NCBI GenBank assembly: GCA_002269645.1 | Contig: NIVC01000139.1 | Span: 1 to 64,000 of the forward strand | Source: Macrostomum lignano | Taxonomy: Eukaryota | Length of the DNA stretch: 64,000 bases | Reading direction: 5' to 3' | Shown: piece after piece, positions 29,501 to 41,500 of the stretch | Numbering within the stretch: the first letter of the stretch is position 1 | Layout of the letters: the number at the start of each line of letters is the position of its first letter | The notes under the pieces: generated by a model | Seen by the model: only the letters and a program-made list of their open reading frames with translations | The model's database searches: none | Told to the model about the DNA's origin: nothing | Position numbers and translations under genes: made by a program

Positions 29501-32500
29501 GGCTAGGTTTCTAAATGTTATCATGGCAACGAAAAACCTACGAAGTAGAATGCATGAGGGGGCTTCTGGGACAAAATTTTTCACCTCCTCCATAATCCAC
29601 CTAAATCCATCCATATTATCCCTGACAGAATCAGAAAAAAGGGGGGTCGCACCTGCTCACAAAACATCGTCCATAATCCCATTAAATCCATCCATATTAT
29701 CCCTGACAGAATCAGAAAAAAAGGGGGGTCGCACTCGCTCACAAAACGTCCTCCATAATCCCATTAAATCCATCCATATTATCCCCGACAGAATCATAAA
29801 AAAGGGGAGGGGTCGCACTTGCTCCGAAAACTTCGAACATAATCGTATTAAATCCATCCATATTATCCCTGACAGAATCAGAGCATAACAAGTGTCCACT
29901 AACACCTGTTATGCTCACTGACACTGACATAATCCACTAACATCCACCCAGAACCAATCAGAAAATAATCTGCATTCTTCTCCCCACATTCAATCCGCAA
30001 CGTGCTACCACATCCCTAAGACTTTAAATCCCCTAACCCAGGGTCCTTACCCTTTGAAAAAAAATTAAATTTTCTCTAAAAATGTTTCCAGTTGTCTCTC
30101 CAGGTTCTTATTACAAAGCGCACGAGCCTAATTACAAGAGTAAGTACCGATGCAAACTTGAATGCAGCGAATACATGAGAAAATATTGGCCCGACGTTGA
30201 TATCAATGTCCCTAATATTAATCTAGCTCTCCAAAGACACTGGTTTCATAAGTATGGAGTAACCTACGTAAAAGATTACGACAGCTACTATAACTTTGCA
30301 GAAATCATTAGGCAATTGCGTTAAAAAACCGAAAGGCCAAAAAGCCGAAAGGCCAAAAGGCCAAAAGGCCAAAAGGCCAAAAGGCCAAAATCGTTTGCAT
30401 TCTGGCCTTGCGCGAGGCCGAAATCCTTTGCATTCTGGCCTTCTTTCGAGACGGAATTCTTCCTCGGCTGGGCTCAGTTAAAGTGAAAATCTCTCTCCCC
30501 TCACGCGCGCTCTCTCTACTCCCATATCTTTCAAGAGCCTTCCCAATTCATTGTTAGGAGCGCAAAAAATAAACCCTGCTCCCGAGCACTCCGCACACCC
30601 ACCCTCTCTCCCCAAACACCCACCCTCGCCGTCGATCCCCAACCCCAACTTAGACTTACCAAAAATAAGCGCCTTGACTAATTTCCTAGCAATAGACTCG
30701 CGAAATCCGCTTGAAGCCCCTATATTGTCTAGTCTCCTAAGCATTTCTTTGTCGCAACGATTCTTCTCCTCAGGAAAATCTCTATATTTAACGTCATGCC
30801 ACATGCAGACAGAGTCTAGCTCGTTCACAGGCTCATGCCCAGGATTTGGATTATTGTTTTTATCTAACTGTATTTCAAGTGGATTCAAAGGCCCGCAATA
30901 TTTATAGCCGGGAAGTGTCCAGCCTTTGTTTGGATGAGGAAGCTTTTCTATCAGTCCATGTGAATCTAACTTACCACCAGAGCGTTGCATTATTTTATTT
31001 TAAATTTTCTTTTTTAAAAAATGACAGATCAGAAACTTAAAAAACTCTACTACAGCAACAAAGGATTCTTTGTAGGAAAAAATGCAGTCACCAAACTCGC
31101 AGAACTAAGTAAGGAACCAAAAGATAAAGTAGAAAAGTGGCTCTCTAAGCAAGCAGTCTACCAAGTCTATTTCCCACCAGAAAAAATTTGAAAGGCCCCA
31201 TTTCAGTATTTATAAACCTAATGAGGCGCACCAAGCAGATCTTCTGTTTCTCCCCAATGACTCAGGCTACAAGTATGCTCTTACAATTATTGACATTGCT
31301 TCCAGATATAAGGAAGCTCGCCCACTCAAGACGAAGAAGTCAGAGGTTGTTGCCAGTGCACTGCAAGATATTTATAAAAACTCTCCGCTCACATACCCCC
31401 AAATCTTTATGACCGACTCGGGTAAGGAATTCATGGGTGCAGTGAAATCCCTTATGGAAAAGCACAATACAGAGATTCGCTACGGAAGAACAGACCTGCA
31501 CAGGGATCAAGCGTACGTTGAGAGATTCAATCTAACTCTAGCCAAGAGACTATTCACTAAGCAGACAGCGCAAGAACTCAAACTGAGTGCGGGGCAGTAC
31601 TATACCAAGTGGACAGAAAGACTCCCCACTGTTATAGAGCAACTGAACAATGAAGTCACGCGCATGACTGGATTGAAACCGTCCCATGCAATTAAACAAG
31701 ACACTGTCGAACTTAAGTCATCTCATAGAACAGACAACAACACGACAACCCCACACAACACGCACAACACAAAACACACCTCGAACTACCCTAAGCTTCC
31801 AGGAGTTGAATCACCATACATACTGACAAACTCTGAGTTTCTACGCTTTTTATATCTACCTGGAGAGCTAGAGAAAGACACCAAAAGAAGAGCTACAGAT
31901 CCATACTTCAGCCTTGATGTACATAAAATAGACAGACATTTTACCTCCGACTCTGGAGAGTATTACTTTTTATCTCAGGCTTTTAACCCTAAATCCCCCA
32001 CGCGGTCATTAACTAGAGCTGAACTCCTAGTGATACCAGCTGACACAGAAATTAATTAAAATATTAAAATAAAAAAATGACAAAGATTGAAACCAGAACC
32101 ATCAATAAACTCAATAAAATCATTGAATCAAAGAAACCAGGTCTTATATCAATTAAAGGTGTCAAAGTAAAAATCGATCCCACGCAGCAAATAGTTCAGT
32201 GTAATGAACAAAGACACAGCATCACAGATGAAAAGTCAGGAGGAATCCTACCATTAGCAGCTCTTATTCCGATCATTGCAGGCGCTGTAAGTGCCGCAGG
32301 TGGTGTAGCTGGAGGTGTAGCAACTGCTGTTAAAGCTGGGAATGATAGAGCCCACCAGCTGGAATTGCAAAAGATTGCAAGAGACAAAGGTATAACAATT
32401 AAGGCAGGAGAGGGCTGCCCTGATTTTGATGATCGTGATGATTGTGAGCATGAAAATTCTGTAAGCAAGTCTGACATTGTCAAAGCAATCATGACACTGC

Positions 32501-35500
32501 ACAATGCTGGGTTTACAATAATGCGGATGTGATGAGGTTTAAAACCCCACTTTATCCAGCTTCATAAACCTAATACTACTTATAGGATGTAGAAACAGTT
32601 CAACTTTTCTATCAGGGTGGTAACCCTCAAAGTTTTTTTTTATTTTAGAGATAAAAATGCCAAAAGCCAATCCAGAAAAAGATTTGGTCAACAAATATTT
32701 TTCAAAAGGCGTCTCATTTCAAGACAAAAGTAATTTACTAAGAGAAGCATGTAAACAAACGTTTAACACAGACCCTGGTCACCTGGGAAGCTATGAAAAA
32801 CAGTTGGAAATCATCAAACAATTAGAATCCAACCAGTATGCGCCTATACAAAATCCTGCAAAGGAACACCAAGAGAGGAGTCGCAACTTAGTTAACAAAT
32901 ACGAAACTCTCACTGGTGAAAAAGCAAAGTACCCACAAAATAAGCAGGAACAAGAGAAATTAGAGCAATTAATCCATTTAAAAGAGTCGGAGCTTGCCAT
33001 TGAAGAGATTAATTTTGCACAGAGGAAGTTTACAGAACATTACATAGAGTACAAAATCCCAATTAACGGCACCAACCAAATTAACGACACCAACGACACC
33101 ACCGCAAACATCTACGACTATAAAGACAGCATCCAATCAGTTGTTGATCACACACTCAAAACACGCAAGACCTTTAAACTACAGATATCATTCAAGATTG
33201 CGTTTTATATGCCTGCAAAACCCACTGAGCATCTCGAGTATTACATGACAACAAAGGCAAAGCCATTCACCCCTACAGACACACTGGATCCTTTCCTTCA
33301 AGATGTCACTAAGAAAATTGAAGCGTTTACATCCAGAGGTTCCGGATGGGTCGTGGGAGGGATTCAAAGAGCGACTGTCATGGTCATGAAATATGACCCA
33401 CTTAAAGCCTCCTCTTATATAGAGCTCCCGCATAAGCTTGCCGGCAAAAAAGCTTGCATAAATGTTAAAAATAAAGACAATTGCTGTGCTCTATGGGCAG
33501 TTCTTTCTGCACTTCTTCATGATAGTGTCCCTCACCACCCTGAAAGAACCTCAAATTATCAAAATTATTTCAACTACTATCTCATTGAATGCGAAAAGAA
33601 GGGAATCAGGTTTGACAAAGGAGGCTTGGCGATCTCTCAGATCCCAAAGCTGGAAGAAGTGTTTAATAACAAAATTAGAATCACAGTCTTTGAGTGGAGT
33701 GAAAAAACTGAGAAAGTTCAACCGGTCAGATGTAGCAAAGACGTTTTAGATCCTGAGGGGAAAAGGCGGACTGAAGTGGATCTTCTAGTGATTGGTAATT
33801 TACTAGAGGAGGCTCACTATGTTTGGATTAAAGATCTTTCAAGACTCATTCACAAGCAGTTGAATAATCATCACGAGGCTGTTGCCATCTGCCGCTTGTG
33901 CCTTAAGCATTACAGTGGACCTGAGCGCTTTGAAAAACTAGCAGAGCATGAATTATCATGCGAGGATCACCCGACAAACTGCTCTCTTCCTTCAGCTGAA
34001 GAGAAGTATCTCCGGTTTAAGAACTATCACAAGATGGAGAAGCTCCCATTTGTTGTATATGCTGATTTCGAATGCTCAATCATGCCAGAAACACAAAAAC
34101 AAACTCCAACTCAAAAACATGTCCCCAATTCAGTAGCATATGCCTTTATTAATACAAAAGGACTTGTTGAGTATAATTATTTCTTTGGAGAGCAGTGTGT
34201 GGAGCAGTTTATTGCCAGAATGTTAGAGTTGCAAAAAGTGATTAGCACCCTTCAACCTGTTCCAATAATGATGACTGAGGAGGATGAAAGCAATTTCCTA
34301 TCAGCAACTCATTGCCACATCTGCAGGAAACATTTAACTTGCACTAATATTAAAAACCCCACCGTTAGGGACCACTGCCACTTTACTGGGAAATTTAGAG
34401 GCGCCGCGCATAACACCTGTAATCTAAAGCTAAAATCGAACATTCATGATCTAACGATATTTTGTCACAACGCAAAGAACTATGACATGCATTTAATAGT
34501 TGAAAAAATCGGCATGATTCCAGACATACACCTTGATTGCATCGCAGAGAACAAGGAGAAGTTTAAGTGTGTTGATATTAAACAGGATAATTCGGGTAAA
34601 GGTGAAGGTTCGAGTGAAGGTAAAATAAGACTGAAGGATTCATATCAATTTCTAGCTGCCAGTCTAGACGAACTAAGCAAGAATCTAAAAGATGAACAAT
34701 GTACATATACAAAGATGTTTGCAAGTAAAATTAACAACACTGATGAATCATTTAAACTTTTAAGAAAGAAAGGCTTCTACCCCTATGAGAATATTACTGG
34801 GTATCATGTATTTGAAGAAGGTTTACCACCACAGGAGAAGTTCTTTTCAAAGCTAACAGACTCTGGAATCTCTGACAAAGACTATGAGCACGCGAAGCAT
34901 GTCTATAATTACTTTAATTGTCAAAACTTCTTCCAGTATCACCTGCTTTACCTCTTCACAGATGTGTTTCTGCTGGCCGATGTGTTTGAAACTTCAGATA
35001 CACCTGGTACACAGCATATGGCCTCGATCCAGCACATTATGTGTCTCTGCCTGCCACTAGCTGGGAATCTTTGCTTAAAATGAAATGGGATCAAGATCCA
35101 GATTGGTACATTGAACTTCTTACAGACATTGACATGTACAATTTTGTCGAATCGTCAAAGCGAGGGGGGATCTCAATTTGTGTTAACAGGTATGCAAAAG
35201 CAAACAATCCCTACATTGAATCTTACAATAAGGAGCAGCCCTCAAACTACATTACTTACTTGGACGCTAATAATCTCTATGGGTGGGCGATGAGTCAAGA
35301 TCTTCCAGTTAGAGATTTTCGATGGCTACCCTCATCAGAATTCAAATGGGACTTTTCATTGGCTGCCATTTATGAGGTTGATGTTTACATTCCACCAGAG
35401 CTTCACGACTATTTCTCTGACTTTCCACCCTTCCCAGAGAACATCAAGTGCCCGAAAATAATCGAAACTCCCAATGATAATAATGGAACTTGGCACCTGT

Positions 35501-38500
35501 CAGGAACAGAAAAAGAACATACAGAGAAACTAACACAGAATCTAAACAAAAAGACACGTTACAAAATCCATTACAAACTGCTTCAGTATTTTATCTCACT
35601 GGGTTGCAGGGTCACCAAAGTTCACAGGGCTCTTACATTTACAGAGGAAGCGTGGATGAAACCCTACATTGATAAGAATACCCAGTTTAGGACCAAAGCA
35701 ACCAACGACTTTGACAAGAACCTCTTTAAGTTGGCCAACAACTCTGTCTATGGCAAGACTCTTGAGAATGAGAGGAAAAGAACAAACCTGAAACTTGTTA
35801 CCTCATCAGAGCCTGCTGTTATTCAGGCAAATATGTCAAAGCCAACATTCAAAGAACTCCATATCTTTAATAGCTACTTAGGTGTGATCATATTTTACAA
35901 AACCAAGGTGACGCTGCGCAAGCCGATCTATACAGGTGTCACTGTGCTCGACGAATCAAAACGTCTGATGTACCAGTTCTTCTATGGCATGAAGCAGCAG
36001 TACAAGGATAAAATGAAACTCTTGTACACTGACACAGACAGTTTTATTATGGATATTCAAACAGAAGACATTTATCAGGACATGCTGCAGCAAAAAGATT
36101 TGTTTGACTTGTCTGAGTATGATGAATCTTTCAGGACACAGAATGGCGATCAAGTGTTTGACGCCACTAACAAGAAAGTGATTGGGAAAATGAAGGACGA
36201 GATTGCTGGTGACATAATCACTGAATTCATTGGGTTGAGAGCAAAGTCCTATTTTGTAAAATGTGAGTCGTCAGACCCAATTAAAAAATCAAAGGGAATT
36301 CCGAAACGTGTGGTTAGGAACGAAATTAATGAAGCTGAATACAGAGACGCCTTGAATTGCAACAAAAAGACATCACATGAGTTCTCAAAGCTACAATCCA
36401 AAAACCATATTATTCACACAATTCAGCAAAAGAAGATTGGACTGTCAGGTGCAGATAACAAGAGATTCATTTTTGATGACAATATCAACAGTCTGCCGTT
36501 CGGGCATTGGAGATTAGGTTTAGGAGGTTGGGTTTAGGAGGTGGAGGTTAGGTTTAGGTTTAAGAGAAAGTTTAATAAACCTCATAAAAAATGACATAAA
36601 AATGACAACAAATAACTTTCTTGAAGATTTGGCTAACGAACTGGAAATCCCAAACTTTAGAGGAATATTTATGAGGGACACTCTGCCTGATTTTCCTCTA
36701 AGAAAGGAATGCGGCATCATGAACTTTGACACCACCGATAAGCCAGGATCTCATTGGGTTTGCTGGGTGATTGATCTCGATCGCAAGCACAAGTGTTATT
36801 ACTTCGATAGCTATGGGACGGCAGTACCAGAAGAGCTAAGAAATTATATGAAGGGAAAAAAGAATAAAAAAATTTATCGCTCAGACTTTATTCTCCAAGG
36901 TCTTAGCAGTGATATTTGCGGTGAGCTGTGCATGACTGTTTTGTATGCAATGACCAAAACACGAAAGACCTACAAGGAAATTATTCTTGGCTGTGTTTCA
37001 TAGGGGTTCATTGTGCATTTCTCGTTGTCCTTCTTGCCGAATTTCTTGCCGACTTTCTTTCCACATAATGTTGAAAAACTTTCTCGAGTTCATTTTTCAG
37101 CTGACTCATGTCATCAGTACCGACCATGTTCAAGTTCATTCGAATTGATTGTTCATAAAGATCCTGAATGGTTTTGAACTCATCCTCTGAAATGAACTTA
37201 TCCTCGATTGCCCTTGAAATGTACCCTATAATTGATGTGTGCACCCCTTTCTCTTTTACTTGCTTCTCCTGTAGCTGTTTTAGTTTTTTTCGCCTGTTTC
37301 GCGCTAATGCTCCAGTAATTGCTGAAATAAGTCCACATGCAGCACCCAGAGAGCCGAGCGGGATTGCGATTGGGGCTGTGATGACTGGCAACACTGAGAC
37401 AGCTGCAGCAGACCCAGATAGAACAGACACAGTTCCTAGAATCATATTGTTGTAGTCGAAAAATTTACAGTGGTTGTCATAGCGCTTAATTTTCTTTGTG
37501 TTGTGGAAAATATTTTTTTCAAGATCATCGCGCATTTTTTGAATCTCCACCAGTCGAAACTGTTGAGAGTTACAAGTAATGACGGGGTAGAGTTTTTGTT
37601 GCTCATATTGGGGTGCACTAGGTGCACTAGGTGTTGTGGGAGCATTCTGATCATAAAGAGAATTTTGAGCATCCATTTTTTAGGGAATTTTTTTAAAAAA
37701 ATCGGCAACTAGTTGGTGGTGGTTAGATTTGTTTTACGGTTGATTGCTTCGTCTGCAGTCACGGCAACGGGTCTCTTCGAATCTGCCTATTCATTGTCTG
37801 TGAGCTCCATTCTACGTCTGATCTCAAACAAGTCGGTTGGATCACTTATTTCCCTTGTGGTCTGTGGTGGTGCCTCTTCAGCGTCAATGTTTTTGAGATT
37901 ATGCAAGCGTTCAAGACGACCGATTCTTCTCACCGATTTCTGCCATTCGGTAAAAACTAAATCTACATAGACTTTAATTGCAGTAATTCTTACTTTGATT
38001 TGATCATGCAACGCTGTTGACTGAGTCATGAACTCTTCTAAATTCCTCACTTTACATGTGTTGGTTGCGACGTTTTCTTTAATTCTATCATGCAATGCTG
38101 TTGACTGGTTCATGAACTCTTCTAAATTATTCACTTTAGCTGTGTTTGTGAAAACTCCTCCTTCAAGAATACGCATCCGTCTATCAGTGGAATTTCCCAG
38201 AAGATTAACTGTCGATCTCAAACCGTTGATTTGCGAGACTATCGAAGTTATTTCTGACCTAAGTTCATTAGTTGCGTTTAACAACGGCACATAAAGCTTA
38301 TCACTTTCAAACTTCTGCCTAGCTACTTTAAGCACTAGAATCGGCGGGCACGGCCTAGTTTTGACAGAACTTCGTCAATTGTGGGCGTTGTTGACACCAT
38401 GTCTTTCAGCAGTGGGTTGAGGGTAACCTTGTAGTCACCACAAATCCGAACCTTTCCTGACTGCTTTCGAACACAGACAATGGGTGTAGCCCACTCGCTG

Positions 38501-41500
38501 GATTCCACCTTCTGGAGCTGTCCAGCCTCTTCCATTCTCTTCAACTCGGCCTTGACATCGTCCTGAATCCCGTATGGAATTTGCCGAGGTTTAAAAAAGA
38601 TGGGCTTTGCTCCCGCCTCAATGGCCAATGATACAGAAAATCTTTTTACAGAGCATGCCGTTGTAGGATTCGAGCCGTCTTCCTCAGGCACCGTACATTT
38701 TGTAATAAAATTGTAGAGGTCTGGCTCAAGGGCAGCAATCCAATCTAGGCCATAGATAGATTCGGCTTTTGGGTTGTCCACCACAAACAGAGTTAGGTCG
38801 GAACTTACTGAGTTTAGCTTGGCGTTCACAATAGCTTCGCCTTTCACTAGCACTGGATCCCCTTGATACGCAGCGAATCGTCTGCTTGTGGGCCTTACAT
38901 TTGCTGGTTCGAGTAGGCTTTGAAACACCGAGCTTGACACGAACGTTGAGCACGACCCGGTGTCCAGTAGCATCTTGATTTTCGTACCATTGACTACTAC
39001 ATGTCGCGTTATCCTTCTGCTTCCACGACCATCTTCCGGCGTCATCATCGAGAAAATGTGCCCGACTTGATCAGCTGCATCGTCGATTGCTCTGACTCTG
39101 CTCCTTGGATGCCGTCCGCCTCCTTGTGACCATTTGTTGCTCGTTGAAGGCCGTTGTCCACCTTTGTTCGGTCCGCACCTGCAAACTGCTTTGAGATGAC
39201 CAACCTTACCACACTGAAGGCATGTCTTAGTCCGGTGGTGGCACTGGTCCTTTGTATGTCCTTCCTTGCCGCAGCAGAAGCACTTGACTTGGCGCAATTG
39301 GCCGTTCTTCTGGTCGCTTTTCTGGTACGCTGGCTTCTGGGCTTTCGATGTCGAAGGAGGATCTGACTTGACATGTAGAATTTCGCCTCCTGAGATTTGT
39401 CTCTCGCCGCGACTTACGGCCTCGCATGCATTGGCCACCGTAGTTACTTTTTCCCACGTCAGATCTTTCAGTTTCTCCGTGAGCAACTTTCTGACGATCT
39501 CCTTGTTCGACAATCCGAAGATAAATTGGTCCCGCAGGCGGTCATTCAGTTCGGCGGTTGAAAAGCCGCAGTTCTCCGAACCCAGTCGCAGCCTTCTTGC
39601 GTAGGCAGAAACGTCTTCGCCATCGTCCTGCTTGAGGTGATGGAACGCGTACCGGTATGCAATCTCGGATTTCGCCGCTTTCGTCTCCTTGATCAGCTGA
39701 GTTTTCAGATCAGCGTAGGTCTTGGCGTCAGGCTTATCTGGCAATAGCGCATCCGCCAACAGTGCGAAGGCCTTCTTGCCGAGGTGTGCGATGAGGGCGA
39801 ACTTCTGAGCGGTGTCATCCCACTTGTTCAGCTTGGAAACTGCTTCGAAGCGTTGGAACCAGCGCTCAATTTCCGCTGGGGCTTCTGTCTCCAGAGGCTC
39901 GATAAGACCAGCCGTCGTCGCCAGTGTTCGTTTTTTGGGACGAGTAAGAAAATTGATTGAGTCTCAGCCTTTAGCTTAACTCTGCAGACGCTTGGTCTTT
40001 TCAATTATATTTTGGCAACTCTTTAAGCCACCGAATTGAACTGTACAAATGTCCATAGACATCAATAGAATTCTCAGCCGTTGACGGCTACTAAGCAAAG
40101 TACATTCTCTAATAAATAAAAGTTCATCACAGTGCTAACAGATCTCTTCATCAGTGTTAATGTAGCGCTTGTCAAGGAAGGAAGTTGTGAGAGTGCTGTT
40201 GCCTGTAGTTGACTCACCTGCAAAATTAATAGACATTTTTTTTAAATAAAAAATTAAAGTAAAATTTTTTTCTCCTTATTAATCATGACAAACTGATAGG
40301 GTTGGTTCCACTTTTCATAGCATATGTTAACAAATTCCTCCTGTGATATTGTTCTGTTAGAGTTCTTAGCTGGATATGTAATGTGAGCTGGGGCAATTAC
40401 CTCATTATAAAATCGTTTCAGTCGATCCTGTGGTATGGTTGGGAAAAGGAGAATCAAATTACAGTTACCTCTAATTGTTTTATTTGGCAGTTCAAACCAG
40501 TTTTGGGCAATGTAAATAACATTGCAGTTATTGTGTCTACCCCGGGTGAAATAATTTTCTATCTGTTTCTGGGGACCGGTCATGCAGTCATCAAAGACAA
40601 TCAGGTGCTTTCTCCCCTTTTCTAGTTCATCAGGTTGAGGTAAGAGTTTAGTTTTAGGATCTATCTGTGGATCTCCATAAGTGAAAACTTTAATATTTTG
40701 CCATTTTTCATTGTCTGGGATGTGCTTTGCGTATTCAGTGGCTACAACTTCCGGGTTGCTGTTGAGATCTTTTTGATGTCTAAAACATTGGATAATATCT
40801 TCCTTGTTGAGTTTGTTCTGTAGGCCCGCTACTAGCATTTTATACTCATCTTGATACAGAGTGGGTGAATAGATATGTAGTGTGTCATAATCGAGGAATC
40901 CAGGTCTGAGGAGCATATTAAAAACTCTGAAGGTTTTCCCTGACCCAGATGAGCCAACAACAATGCATCGGAAGTGCCCTGGAATTATCTCGTTGTGAGC
41001 AAATTTTATCTGATTGCGTGTCCAGTGGGGATGAAAGTCGTTTGTGAAGTCCATTTTTATGTAAAAAAACTTTTTCTTTTTAAAATTGTGTATTTAAGAC
41101 GCGTGTGTCTTTTTTCGGGATGTGTATGTGTGTGTCTCTTTGCGGGATGTGTGTGTCTTTTTTTCGGGTTGTGTGTGTCTTTTTTTTCTACTAGTCCTAC
41201 ATCCGACTAGTCCTACACCCTCACACCTCTTTTACCGTCAGGGTGCACCAAATTAGTCAAATTAAAAACCGCCTCCTTTCTTATATTCAGCTCTCATCTT
41301 TGCGTAGATGGCTGGATCGACACTATCTGCACTCGGTGCAAGGGGTTGAATATCTGGTATTGATTTCCGGGTTTCATTAACCGTATCCTTTATCTTTTTG
41401 GCTGCTGTGGCTACACTGCCAGCCGCTTCGGCAACGTTCTTGATGTTCTCTTTGTTCTCTCCAATGACCTTAAAAATCTTGGCCCCCTGAGCGATCAAAT

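Larger units (their letters stand above)
37787..40236 (-). pseudogene. Polinton coiled-coil ORF (~215 aa) split by a nested Gypsy element (40236-40141 joined to 38338-37787)
   Basis: AAAAAAAATG start at 40236 gives 32 codons (MSINFAG...NTDEEI) up to the LTR, then [10 protein letters not shown]... resumes in frame with heptad-like periodicity. Confidence 0.65.

Noticed and set aside
29591-29880. Regularly spaced ~82-bp repeats as a CRISPR-like array
   Set aside because: The units are tandem with near-identical 'spacers', lie within a eukaryotic viral TIR and are mirrored at the other end; there are no cas genes.
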